Shown here in pieces: positions 38,991 through 48,694 of a stretch of 64,000 nucleotides of DNA; the first letter of the stretch is position 1; every line of letters starts with the position of its first letter. This DNA is from Clostridia bacterium (GTDB lineage: Bacteria > Bacillota > Clostridia > TANB77 > CAG-508), in NCBI GenBank assembly GCA_017409455.1, contig JAFQSS010000021.1, positions 45,673 through 109,672 on the forward strand, read 5' to 3'. The notes below the pieces were generated by a model. It did not search any database and was not told the DNA's origin. It saw only the letters and a program-made list of their open reading frames with translations. The translations under genes and the position numbers were made by a program.

Positions 38991-39869
38991 CTATTTCTTA
39001 ATTCTTGCAACAAAAAAACCTTCATATAAATCAGTTGGAGCTACACACATTACACCATCTATTGATGTATGTAAGACCGGGACCCCCTCTATATTTTCAA
39101 TTGGTATAATTTCTGCACCAAATTTGTGTAAAACTTTTCTTAGTACACCCTCATTCTCTTGCTCTAGTATCGAACAAGTTGAATAAACCATTTCTCCGCC
39201 TGGCTTTAATATCTTTAAAGCTTTACTTAGTAATTCTTCTTGTGTTTTTGAAGATCTATAAATTAATTCTTTACTAAACCCGTTATCAAATACACTCATT
39301 GTTCCACTTCCACTACAAGGAGCATCTAATAAAACTTTATCAAATGAAAAGAAATCACTTAATTTTCTTGCATCTTCTAACATTACATTTACACAACCAA
39401 CACCTTGTTTTTGTAAATTATATTTTAATCTTTCTGCTCTAATTTTATTTTTCTCGCAAGCTGTTATATATGCCTTATTCTGTGTTATTGCTGCCATTTG
39501 TGTTGTTTTGCCTCCAGGTGCAGCTGCCATATCAAGTATATTTTCTCCTGCTTTTGGCTCTAATATAATTGGTGGCAACATTGAAGATAAGCTTTGTAAA
39601 TAAATCTCACCATTTTCATAAATATCTAATTTTTTAATTTCATCTTCTCTAACATTTTTTATTATTAAAGCATCATCATACCATAATATATCTTCATATT
39701 GAATCTCCGCTTCTTGTAGTTTATTTTTTATTTTCTCTTTGTCTGCTTTTATTGTGTTTATTCTTAATGTTACTAATCTTTGTTTTGAATATCCTTCGAT
39801 TATTTTATTAGTTGTATTTTCTCCATATTGTGTTAGTAGCATTTGTTTAAAAAATTCTGGAATTTGCAT
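38991..39869 (-). CDS. NOL1/NOP2/Sun-family rRNA m5C methyltransferase (RsmB/RsmF-like)
   Basis: LDMAAAPGGKTTQ SAM motif and DAPCSGSG active site. Start at 39869 after AAGGGGGAT. Confidence 0.8.
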   Translation of the reverse strand: MQIPEFFKQMLLTQYGENTTNKIIEGYSKQRLVTLRINTIKADKEKIKNKLQEAEIQYEDILWYDDALIIKNVREDEIKKLDIYENGEIYLQSLSSMLPPIILEPKAGENILDMAAAPGGKTTQMAAITQNKAYITACEKNKIRAERLKYNLQKQGVGCVNVMLEDARKLSDFFSFDKVLLDAPCSGSGTMSVFDNGFSKELIYRSSKTQEELLSKALKILKPGGEMVYSTCSILEQENEGVLRKVLHKFGAEIIPIENIEGVPVLHTSIDGVMCVAPTDLYEGFFVARIKK

Positions 39870-39879
39870 TATATCCCCC

Positions 39880-40707
39880 TTATATTTCATCTACATTAAT
39901 TCCAAGTTTTCTGAAATTGTCGTTTACTTTTGTCATATTTCTGTACATTCCATTCTTTAATTCATGTGTATAATTTTCAATCTCTATATTATTTTTGTTT
40001 TCTAATTCTTTATCTATATCATAGCAAACTTTTACAAAGTTAAAAGATATGTTGCTTCCATATTGATTAGTATCATCACCTTCAATTATTAGATAATTTG
40101 CTTTTGTTGTTTCTTGTGTATTACTATCTTTGTGTGGCTTTCTTATTGTATTAAATGCATTTCCAACACTTCCTACATTTATTAATGTTTTGTTATATAA
40201 AACATCCATATATTGATGATGTATGTGTCCGTATATTATAACATCGGCATTTTGCTGAGATATAGTTTTTTCAGAAGGAAGAAACATTTCATATTTTGTT
40301 TTTATACCATCTTGGTTTACAACAGTTATATTATCTTTTTCTGGTGTTGCATGAAACATTCTTACTAAACTTCCACTTAAATATAATTCATAACAATATG
40401 GCAAGTTTCTTAAATATTCTTTGCTCTCTTCAGATAACACTTTTTTGTTCCATTCAATTCTTGTTTTTTCTATTCCATTAAATTCTTCTATATTATGCTC
40501 AGTAGAAAAATGTCTGTCACAATTTCCTCTAAGCACAACATCACAATGTTTTTTTACTATTTCTACACATTCATTTGGATATGCGCCTTTTCCTATTATA
40601 TCTCCTAAACATATTATTTTATCTACATTTCTTTTTTCTATGTCTTTTATTGTTTCTGTTAGTGCTTGTAAATTACCATGTATATCAGAAATTATTGCTA
40701 TTTTCAT
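39880..40707 (-). CDS. Calcineurin-like metallophosphoesterase
   Basis: MKIAIISDIHGN...CLGDIIG...GHIHHQ motifs. Start at 40707. Confidence 0.75.
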   Translation of the reverse strand: MKIAIISDIHGNLQALTETIKDIEKRNVDKIICLGDIIGKGAYPNECVEIVKKHCDVVLRGNCDRHFSTEHNIEEFNGIEKTRIEWNKKVLSEESKEYLRNLPYCYELYLSGSLVRMFHATPEKDNITVVNQDGIKTKYEMFLPSEKTISQQNADVIIYGHIHHQYMDVLYNKTLINVGSVGNAFNTIRKPHKDSNTQETTKANYLIIEGDDTNQYGSNISFNFVKVCYDIDKELENKNNIEIENYTHELKNGMYRNMTKVNDNFRKLGINVDEI

Positions 40708-41222
40708 TATTTTATCCCCTTTTGCTTTTTCAACCATTTATTTAAATCTCTTTGTTTTTTGAATATTAATAATTTACTTTCATCTATTCCTTCTAAATTA
40801 TCTACTATAACTTTTCTTTTCTCTTTATTGTATTTTAATACATATGTAAAAAACTCTTTAGACATTCGCTCTTTGCATCCTGGTATTTCTTCTCTTTCTT
40901 TACCGCCAAGCTTAATCCTTCTCATTATTACACCTTTTATTTGAGTCCATGTAGGATAATCTAACCATATAACTAAATCTGCTTTTTCTAACCTTACTTT
41001 TAATGTTGCTTTATATGTTCCATCAATTATCCATTTTTCTTGTTTCACTATGTCTAAAATCATTTTATCTCTTTCATCTTTATCTCTTATCTTCCAATTT
41101 TCTAAGTGATGTATACCATCTATATGTATTGCTGGTATATTGTATAATTTTGACAATTCATTTGATAGTGTTGTTTTGCCTGTTCCTGGTCCTCCAATTA
41201 TAGAAATTCGATTCCAACTCAT
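40707..41222 (-). CDS. P-loop NTPase (topology modulation protein/adenylate-kinase-like)
   Basis: ISIIGGPGTGKTTL Walker A. 171 aa. Confidence 0.6.
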   Translation of the reverse strand: MSWNRISIIGGPGTGKTTLSNELSKLYNIPAIHIDGIHHLENWKIRDKDERDKMILDIVKQEKWIIDGTYKATLKVRLEKADLVIWLDYPTWTQIKGVIMRRIKLGGKEREEIPGCKERMSKEFFTYVLKYNKEKRKVIVDNLEGIDESKLLIFKKQRDLNKWLKKQKGIK

Positions 41223-41249
41223 TAATTCTATCCCCCTTATAAATTAATT

Positions 41250-41843
41250 TTAAACTAAGCTTTTTACTATAAAATCAATAACATCATCTTCATTATTAAT
41301 GTTTTTATTTTTCTCTTCTTGTGTTAAGTCGACAAAATATTTGTTGTACTCTGGCATAATAGATATGGAATCTAATGGATATCCTAGATTTCTTTTTTCA
41401 GAAGGTTTGTCTACAAAATAAAAGTGGTCTTTTGACCAAGTATATTCTTTTGATTCTGTTCCATTATATATTACCATTCCATATACCCATTTTGCTGTTA
41501 ATCTTCCGCCATTTTCTTTTACTAAATTTGTGTAATATTGTATCATTTCTTCATCTGTTAGCTCTTTTCCATTAACTCTTCTGACATTTGTTCCTGGTTG
41601 TTTTTCTTCTGGTAATTCTTCAATAAATAAGTTATCATCTATTCCTATTGTTACAATTCCTGTCTCTTCAAAATATGCTTTTGCTTTTAAATAAGCATTT
41701 TCTATAGCATTTTTACCAGTTTCTTGTACATTTAATTTTAAGTCTATATCTTTTAGTGTTAAAACATCTATTCCTTTATTTTGTAATCTAGTAACATATC
41801 TTTTTACTTTTGCTGGATTTTTTGTTGCAAATAGTACTTTCAT
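41250..41843 (-). CDS. Divergent Ham1/Maf-like NTP pyrophosphatase paralog
   Basis: MKVLFATKNPAKVKRY...VTIGIDDNLFIEEL resembles the Ham1 family but lacks the canonical GxPGxxSARY. Confidence 0.5.
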   Translation of the reverse strand: MKVLFATKNPAKVKRYVTRLQNKGIDVLTLKDIDLKLNVQETGKNAIENAYLKAKAYFEETGIVTIGIDDNLFIEELPEEKQPGTNVRRVNGKELTDEEMIQYYTNLVKENGGRLTAKWVYGMVIYNGTESKEYTWSKDHFYFVDKPSEKRNLGYPLDSISIMPEYNKYFVDLTQEEKNKNINNEDDVIDFIVKSLV

Positions 41844-41916
41844 TTTTATCTCCTTCTTTCGCCACTAATTTTAACACATATATAAAAAAATCACAAGATT
41901 AAAACTTGTGATTTTC

Positions 41917-42678
41917 CTATTTTCCTATAAACATCTGTACATAGATTTTTCCGTACTTAGGACTATTTACTACACCAATTCCTGTATAGTTGTAATTACC
42001 ACTTAAAATATTGGCTTTATGTCCAGAAGAATTCATCCACGCATTTACAGCACCACTATTACTTGAATTTGCAGCAATGTTTTCTCCCGCAGTTTTATAC
42101 GAAACATTAAAACTTTTCAACATTTGAAATGGTGAACCATATGTTGGAGATTCGTGTGCAAAATAATTGTTATCTACCATGTCTTGTGCTTTTATTCTTG
42201 CAACTCTTTGTACTTCACTATCTATTTTTAGTGCAGAAAGGCCATTGTTTGTTCTTTGTTTGTTTATTAAATCAAATACTTCTTTTTCATCAGCAGTCAA
42301 AGAGGCTGTAGTTGTATTTTGATTCCCTGATGTACTACCACCAGTATTGGTTCCTGATGAACTCGGATAAATAGGTTTTACATATTTTTTACTTACTGCG
42401 CCAATATAATCTCCTTCAACTTGAACAATATACCATGTTCCAACTCCTGCAAATACTCTTATATATTCATTCTTTTTAACTGTTGCTACAATTTTATATT
42501 GTGTTCCAGGCCCACTCCTTACATTTAATTCTGTAGCAGTTACTAATCCTGTTGAAAAATCTACATTATAATAATGTTGCATTCCAAATGTTGTTGTATA
42601 TTTACATATCATTAATGCAAATATACTAATAACTATGGTTTTTAAAATGTTTTTCTTTTTTATGGTTACGACTTTCAT
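41917..42678 (-). CDS. Secreted SH3b plus CAP (SCP/YkwD-like) domain protein
   Basis: Signal/TM at the N-terminus, then an SH3-like segment (GLVTATELNVRSGPGTQYKIVATV) and a C-terminal CAP domain (FAHESPTYGSPFQM...GENIAAN...GHKANIL). Confidence 0.7.
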   Translation of the reverse strand: MKVVTIKKKNILKTIVISIFALMICKYTTTFGMQHYYNVDFSTGLVTATELNVRSGPGTQYKIVATVKKNEYIRVFAGVGTWYIVQVEGDYIGAVSKKYVKPIYPSSSGTNTGGSTSGNQNTTTASLTADEKEVFDLINKQRTNNGLSALKIDSEVQRVARIKAQDMVDNNYFAHESPTYGSPFQMLKSFNVSYKTAGENIAANSSNSGAVNAWMNSSGHKANILSGNYNYTGIGVVNSPKYGKIYVQMFIGK

Positions 42679-42793
42679 AAAATCCCCCTTATATTAAAGG
42701 ATATTACTTTATGAATGTCCAATATGCTAAAATTTCTAATAAAATTGGGATATACTCATTCGAGTATATCCCCCTGTTTTGGATTTTGTCTTC

Positions 42794-43441
42794 TTACTCT
42801 TTCTTAATCACAACCAACGGAACCGTCTCTTCAAAAACCATATCCGAATCGTATTCCATATCGTGAATCTCAGATGCCGGAATGCTACAGTTGAAACTCT
42901 GCGAAGCACCAACAAGTTGTACTCCTCCATTCTCTGCCACAATTGCTCGATAGCAACTGGCACTCTCCCCCATGTTGCAAATTGCAAACCATGTTTCTCC
43001 ATTGCTAATACGCTGCGCCCATTCAAGTGCCTGCTCGACCCAATCTGCCATTAGACCACCTAACTCGATTGCATACGCCTTAAGCTCTGCAACACTTTTA
43101 CGTCCGTACCAATTTTTAACCGGAATCAACGTATAAAATTCGGAAGCATATTTTTCAGGATGTTTCTCAACTTCAGTAAATGCCTTCTGAATTAGCCGAC
43201 GTGTTTTCTCCTGTTCTTCGATGCTTCTCTCCTTTTGGAAAAGACTCCTGTCAATCTCCTGAGGTTTTACTTCAAACAATTCGCCTTCTGTAGGAGTCCG
43301 TGTTACCTTAGATGCATGACCTTCTTTGTTTGCAATTTGTTCCTCTGTCACTTTGAAATTCTCAACACTGTCGAAAGTCTCTTTTCTTCCGTCTTTGAAA
43401 ACAATTTCCAATTTCATGTCCGTGTCCTCCTGTAACTTCAA
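42794..43441 (-). CDS. GC-rich hypothetical protein downstream of feoB
   Basis: 215-aa ORF at about 45% GC, a sharp compositional outlier. No family recognised. Confidence 0.5.
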   Translation of the reverse strand: MKLQEDTDMKLEIVFKDGRKETFDSVENFKVTEEQIANKEGHASKVTRTPTEGELFEVKPQEIDRSLFQKERSIEEQEKTRRLIQKAFTEVEKHPEKYASEFYTLIPVKNWYGRKSVAELKAYAIELGGLMADWVEQALEWAQRISNGETWFAICNMGESASCYRAIVAENGGVQLVGASQSFNCSIPASEIHDMEYDSDMVFEETVPLVVIKKE

Positions 43442-43509
43442 AATTTGTAGCAGACTGCTAACATAATAAATTTTATCATAGTTTTACATAATTTACAAGT
43501 ATAATCCAA

Positions 43510-45618
43510 CTATTTCTTACATGAACTGCAATAAGGGCAGTCTTTGCATTCATCCACATTTTCTTTTTTATTTCCTTTTAAAATAACAACTACAATTGCT
43601 GCAATTATTACAATAACTAGCAAATTAGCCCAATTAAATGTTCCATTTTCAATTCTGCTTCCAATTTGATATACAGCAGTTGCTAATAACCATGCAAAAC
43701 CTGTTTGAAATCCAATTGCTTTTAACATTTTCTTTATGCCACCAAGTTCTCTTTTCATTGCTCCTATTGCTCCAAAACATGGTGCACTAAATAAATTAAA
43801 TACCATAAATGCATAAGCTGATGAAGCTGTGAAGAAACCAAATATTCCGCTTCCAAAAATTTGACTACCTTGTTCTACATCTTCTGCCAACCCTGCAATT
43901 ACTGACATTGAAGATATTACCTGTTCTTTGGCTACTAATCCTTGAATTGCTGATACTGTAGCTCCCCAACTATTTGTTCCTAACATTGGATAAAATATCC
44001 AAGAAATTGTTTTACCAATCCATGCTAATATACTATTATCGACATCTACACCATATTCTAGTTCATACGAAAATGATAATAAAAACCAAATTGCTATTGA
44101 ACAAATAAATATTACACTTCCTGCTCTTTTTATAAATGCAACAACCTTATCAAACACATCTTTAGCAACATATTTTATACTTGGTAATTTGTATTCAGGA
44201 AGTTCTGATATATATGTACTACTTGTATTTTTATATATAAATTTCTTCATAAGTATCGCACTTACTATTATTATTGCTATTGCAAAAAAGTATAATGATG
44301 CCGAAACTAGTCCAGCTTTTTCGTCAAAAAAATAACCAGAAAATAATGCTATTATTGGCAGTTTAGCGCTACATGGTATAAAAGGTGTTAAAATTGTTGT
44401 CATTTCTCTTTCGTCATGATTTTCTATTATTCTTGTTCCCATTATTCCAGGTACACTACAGCCTGAGCCAACTATAAATGGTATCAGACTTTTTCCACTT
44501 AATCCTATTTTTCTAAATATCTTGTCTAATAATAATGCAATTCTTGACATATATCCTGTTGTTTCTAAAATAGATATGCATATAAATAATATTATAAGTT
44601 GTGGTACAAATCCTAGAACAGCTCCAACCCCAGCTATTATTCCATCCACAACCAAACTATTTACCCATTCTGAAGTTCCTATATTTTTTAATAATACTGC
44701 TACATTCTCTCCAAACGTTTGTACAATTCCAGCTACCCTATCTACTGTAAAGCTCCCTACTACTCCAACAGACAAATAATAAACCAAAAACATTATTAAA
44801 ATAAATATTGGAAAAGCAATCCATTTGTTTAAGAATATCTTATCTAATTTATCAGATATACTTTCTTGTACTGGCATTTTCGCTACTGTTTGTTTTTTTG
44901 TTTGTTCTATAAAATTATATCTTTGTATTGCTATTGTTTCTTCTAAATCTGTATCATAATTTGAAGATAATTCTTGTACCATATTTTTTATTTTGTAACA
45001 ATTTAATTCTTCGAACCTTTCATCATTTTCTAATAGTTTTACTGATACAAACTTTTTATGAATTAATTCTCGTGGCAAGTAATTTCCCACCTGTTTTATC
45101 ATTTGCTCTATTCTTCCATCATAAATATATGAGCTAATTCCGGTTGATGGCTTTTCTAATTCTTTAATTAATTCATCTATTCCAGTTTCTTTTAACGCAG
45201 ATATTTTTACAACTTTTGCTCCTAATATTTGTTCTAACCTATTTTCATTTATAATTAATCCTTTTTTCTCTAAAATATCTGCCATATTTAGGGCAACAAT
45301 AACTTTGCAATCTAATTCTAGAAGCTGTGTTGTTAAATATAAACTTCTTTCAAGTGATGTGCTATCAACTATATTTATTATAACATCAGGATTTTCATCA
45401 AAGATAAATTTTCTTGATACCTCTTCTTCTGTACTATATGGACTTAATGAATAAATTCCTGGTAAATCTGTTATTTCATGTTTTGTATTTCTAATCATCC
45501 CTGTTTTCTTTTCTATTGTAACTCCTGGCCAATTGCCAATTTTAGCATTCATTCCTGTTAATACATTAAATAAAGTGGTTTTCCCACTATTTTGATTTCC
45601 AACTAAAGCAATTTTCAT
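43510..45618 (-). CDS. feoB: Ferrous iron transporter FeoB
   Basis: N-terminal G domain MKIALVGNQNSGKTTLFN and a large polytopic membrane domain. 702 aa. Confidence 0.95.
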   Translation of the reverse strand: MKIALVGNQNSGKTTLFNVLTGMNAKIGNWPGVTIEKKTGMIRNTKHEITDLPGIYSLSPYSTEEEVSRKFIFDENPDVIINIVDSTSLERSLYLTTQLLELDCKVIVALNMADILEKKGLIINENRLEQILGAKVVKISALKETGIDELIKELEKPSTGISSYIYDGRIEQMIKQVGNYLPRELIHKKFVSVKLLENDERFEELNCYKIKNMVQELSSNYDTDLEETIAIQRYNFIEQTKKQTVAKMPVQESISDKLDKIFLNKWIAFPIFILIMFLVYYLSVGVVGSFTVDRVAGIVQTFGENVAVLLKNIGTSEWVNSLVVDGIIAGVGAVLGFVPQLIILFICISILETTGYMSRIALLLDKIFRKIGLSGKSLIPFIVGSGCSVPGIMGTRIIENHDEREMTTILTPFIPCSAKLPIIALFSGYFFDEKAGLVSASLYFFAIAIIIVSAILMKKFIYKNTSSTYISELPEYKLPSIKYVAKDVFDKVVAFIKRAGSVIFICSIAIWFLLSFSYELEYGVDVDNSILAWIGKTISWIFYPMLGTNSWGATVSAIQGLVAKEQVISSMSVIAGLAEDVEQGSQIFGSGIFGFFTASSAYAFMVFNLFSAPCFGAIGAMKRELGGIKKMLKAIGFQTGFAWLLATAVYQIGSRIENGTFNWANLLVIVIIAAIVVVILKGNKKENVDECKDCPYCSSCKK

Positions 45619-45619
45619 T

Positions 45620-45868
45620 TCAAATTACCTCCACTTCGATTTTAGATAAGTCTTCTTTGCGTAAGCACAATTCATAGTCTCGTAATTCAATGTCTATTGG
45701 ATCTCCCATTGGGGCAACTTTTTTAATTGTTATTTCAACTCCTCTAGTAATTCCCATATCTAGTAGATGTCGTCTAATTGCTTTATTTTCTTCATTTAAT
45801 TTTAAAACTTTCGCTCTTTGTCCAACTTCTAATTCTGACAAATTACATTTTTCACCTGTTCTTTTCAT
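45620..45868 (-). CDS. feoA: FeoA
   Basis: 82-aa SH3-like FeoA directly upstream of feoB with a 1-nt gap. Confidence 0.85.
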   Translation of the reverse strand: MKRTGEKCNLSELEVGQRAKVLKLNEENKAIRRHLLDMGITRGVEITIKKVAPMGDPIDIELRDYELCLRKEDLSKIEVEVI

Positions 45869-45935
45869 ATTCTGCCTCCCTTTTGTACATTTTTATAATA
45901 CTCTTAAATTTTTGAAAAAGCAAGGGAATCTTGGC

Positions 45936-45963
45936 ACAAAAAATACAACTTTTTACAGTTGTA
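45936..45963 (-). terminator. Intrinsic terminator of the upstream gene, just upstream of the feoAB promoter
   Basis: ATACAACT ... AGTTGTAT is a perfect 8-bp inverted repeat with a 6-nt loop, followed by a T run on the minus strand. Confidence 0.6.
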
Positions 45964-45969
45964 TTTAAT

Positions 45970-46632
45970 TTATTGATATTTTCCTTTTATATATTTAAAT
46001 ATTGTTCCCTCTGTCGCTTGTTCCATTAGATCTTCCGGAAAATCAATTTCTTCAAAGCAATCACAATTATTAGCACTTATATCAATTAAAAAAACTCTAT
46101 CTCCTAAATTTTCAACAACTTCATATGAGTGACCTTCTATACGATATGCGTTTAATTGTTGTGTTTGTTCTTCTAATAATTGGTCAGCAATTTGGGTCAA
46201 TTGTTCCAACACTTCTTCTGTTGCTTCTTTATCTAAAACATATTTCCCATTTTCTTCTCTCAAAACACTAGCTACTCCTGCTCCTTTTGGTAATTGATTT
46301 TCTTTAACAGTATTAATTTCGTGACTTTTTCCTTCTTCACATATGCATAAATTATATATGTCATCTTTTTTAGAGTTTTTGCTATATACATAATACATTG
46401 TTCCTTTATCTGAAGTTTTTTTGGCGTAGCTATTTAAAATCTTGTTTCTTTCAATATTAAATTTATCTCTATACTCTGTTGTTAATTTTCTTTCATCCTG
46501 TATTTTTTGTACTATTGAAACTGGAGCTTTTTTAGTATTTTCTAGAAATTCACCTAGCTCTTTAATGAAACTTTGAATAACATTATCTTCTTTTGTATTA
46601 TTAATTAAGTTATTGAATAAGTCTAAATTCAA
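45970..46632 (-). CDS. Acidic cytoplasmic hypothetical protein (candidate inhibitor of the adjacent nuclease)
   Basis: 220 aa with no signal peptide, 22 nt downstream of the NucA-like nuclease gene. Confidence 0.5.
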   Translation of the reverse strand: MNLDLFNNLINNTKEDNVIQSFIKELGEFLENTKKAPVSIVQKIQDERKLTTEYRDKFNIERNKILNSYAKKTSDKGTMYYVYSKNSKKDDIYNLCICEEGKSHEINTVKENQLPKGAGVASVLREENGKYVLDKEATEEVLEQLTQIADQLLEEQTQQLNAYRIEGHSYEVVENLGDRVFLIDISANNCDCFEEIDFPEDLMEQATEGTIFKYIKGKYQ

Positions 46633-46653
46633 TAAATTTCACTCTCCTTTAAA

Positions 46654-47409
46654 TTATTTCTCTATCCAACTTCTTCCTGTTTCATAGTCAATATTAACTC
46701 CTGGTTGTACATTATATACATATACATTAAAACATACACCCTCTCCATTATCTTCCATAGAATAAGCTTCCATTTGCACTCCACTTGCAATTAGATTATC
46801 CCCTTCAAAAATTGGTGTTACTCTATATAGAACATGCCTATTTTCATCCTCTTTTTCATTTATATATTCTGCAACTTGATTTTCAAATGGCAACATTCCT
46901 TCAACATTCATATATCGTGTTCCTGTAATTAAATTCAATTCATTAGCATTTTCACTAGACAATTGATATCCAATTAAATGACATCTATTATATAAATATT
47001 CTCCATTATATCTTTTCTGTCTCCACCCACTTGGATGTATAAAACTAATGTTTTCTCTTTCTTGTCCATCAGGTGGCATAGTTGCTCTACTAATATTTGC
47101 ATAAGCTACCCCACATCTCCCTAAAATATCTAATTGCGAATATTGTTCAAAGCTTTCTGTAGCATAATCCTTTGGATTAAAACTTGGAATGTTATTGTTT
47201 ATAATTACATATGGCTCATTTGTAAAATCTGGTATGTCACTTAAGTCAATTGTAATTCCAAATTTATTTTGATTAATGTCTTGCGTATTTTCTTTTTTTC
47301 TACTTTCTTGTAATTCTAAATTGATGTATTCACATATACTTATTAATATTATAATTGCTACTCCAATAATCACTTTTTTTATTTTGTTTTTTACTCTTCT
47401 TCTACTCAT
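46654..47409 (-). CDS. DNA/RNA non-specific endonuclease (NucA/EndA family), membrane anchored
   Basis: N-terminal TM anchor and an active-site region ...NRCHLIGYQLS...N... like the DRGH-motif nucleases. Confidence 0.7.
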   Translation of the reverse strand: MSRRRVKNKIKKVIIGVAIIILISICEYINLELQESRKKENTQDINQNKFGITIDLSDIPDFTNEPYVIINNNIPSFNPKDYATESFEQYSQLDILGRCGVAYANISRATMPPDGQERENISFIHPSGWRQKRYNGEYLYNRCHLIGYQLSSENANELNLITGTRYMNVEGMLPFENQVAEYINEKEDENRHVLYRVTPIFEGDNLIASGVQMEAYSMEDNGEGVCFNVYVYNVQPGVNIDYETGRSWIEK

Positions 47410-47410
47410 A

Positions 47411-48337
47411 TTACCCCTTTGTTGGTTTTATATATTCCTCATATCCATATTCTGCAGATGTACCTTCTAATTCTTTTATAGATAAACTTATTTTCAATTT
47501 TTCTCTATCTATATTTATAATTTTTGCATTAACTGTTTGTCCTAATTGTAGTTCATCTTCAGCTTTTATTACTCTTTTTAAGCCCGTTATTTCTGAATTA
47601 TGAACTAAACCTTCTAATCCTTTTTCTATTTCTAAAAATGCTCCAAAAGATGCGAATTTTGCAACCTTACAAGTTACAATATCAGTTATTTTGTATTTAT
47701 CTGCAAGCGCAAACCAAGGATTTTCTCCTTTTAAAGGATATTCTAAACTTATTCTTTTTTCTTCTTTATCGAAATCTTTTATTTTTACTTCTATTTCATC
47801 ATTTATATTAAATTTGTTTTCAAGTTTTTCATTTTTATCCCATAGTAATTCTGATTTATGGGCTAATCCTTTAGCTAATCCTAAATCAACAAATATTCCA
47901 TAATCTGCAATTTTAGAAATAGTTCCTGTATATGTTTTTCCTATTTTTATATTGTTCCAAAAGTCTTGGATATTTTTTGCTCTTTCTTTTTTTTGTGCTT
48001 CAATTTCTTTTGCTTGTTTGATTTTTAAAGCTTTTTCTTTTTCAGCTTCTTCTCTTTTTTTATAATTTTTATAAGATAAAAGTACATTCCCTAATCCATC
48101 ATTCCATTTTAAAACATCTGCTCTAATTGTATCTCCTGGTTTGAATTCATCTCTAGGATTTTTGTTTTCATCATCTGAATATTCACGTATTGGAATAATT
48201 CCATCAGCTTTATATTTAAAGTCAACAAATATTTCACCTTTTCTAGATATTTGTATTACAGTTCCTGTAACTGTCTTATTGAATTTTTTTGTGTTTAATG
48301 ATTCATTATATAATTCTTCAAAATTTTTTTCTGCCAT
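47411..48337 (-). CDS. S1 RNA-binding domain protein (three S1 repeats)
   Basis: Repeated G.V.G.V..I...G.FV....G..GL.H.SE segments. Confidence 0.7.
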   Translation of the reverse strand: MAEKNFEELYNESLNTKKFNKTVTGTVIQISRKGEIFVDFKYKADGIIPIREYSDDENKNPRDEFKPGDTIRADVLKWNDGLGNVLLSYKNYKKREEAEKEKALKIKQAKEIEAQKKERAKNIQDFWNNIKIGKTYTGTISKIADYGIFVDLGLAKGLAHKSELLWDKNEKLENKFNINDEIEVKIKDFDKEEKRISLEYPLKGENPWFALADKYKITDIVTCKVAKFASFGAFLEIEKGLEGLVHNSEITGLKRVIKAEDELQLGQTVNAKIINIDREKLKISLSIKELEGTSAEYGYEEYIKPTKG

Positions 48338-48402
48338 ATTTTAGCCATCCTTTCACTTTTTAAAACTATTGTTGTTATACCATTTTTTATTTAAAAAGTA
48401 AA

Positions 48403-48669
48403 TTAAATTTTTTTATTTTTATCGCTTTCTATTACTTTTTTTGCATAAGAACATTCCGCTGTAAGTTCTTTATTATATTTTTTTGCATTTTCTATGATGC
48501 ATTCTACCAGTTTTTTTGCAATCCCTTGACCTTGATATGATTTATCAACTTCTGTATGCATTATATTCCAATCTTTTTGTGATTCTATATAATCACATTC
48601 CCCAATTTGAATATTATTGTCATACGCAATTGATTTATTATTATTTTTGTCAAATTTTATTTCAATCAT
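48403..48669 (-). CDS. Small GNAT-family N-acetyltransferase
   Basis: 88 aa containing QGQGIAKKLVECII, an acetyl-CoA binding motif. Confidence 0.6.
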   Translation of the reverse strand: MIEIKFDKNNNKSIAYDNNIQIGECDYIESQKDWNIMHTEVDKSYQGQGIAKKLVECIIENAKKYNKELTAECSYAKKVIESDKNKKI

Positions 48670-48694
48670 AAGTTTCCTCCTTACAAATACAATG

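Noticed and set aside
45869-45969. Fur box upstream of feoAB
   Set aside because: No convincing match to the Firmicute Fur consensus (TGATAATNATTATCA). The 8-bp inverted repeat ATACAACT/AGTTGTAT there is better explained as the terminator of the upstream gene.
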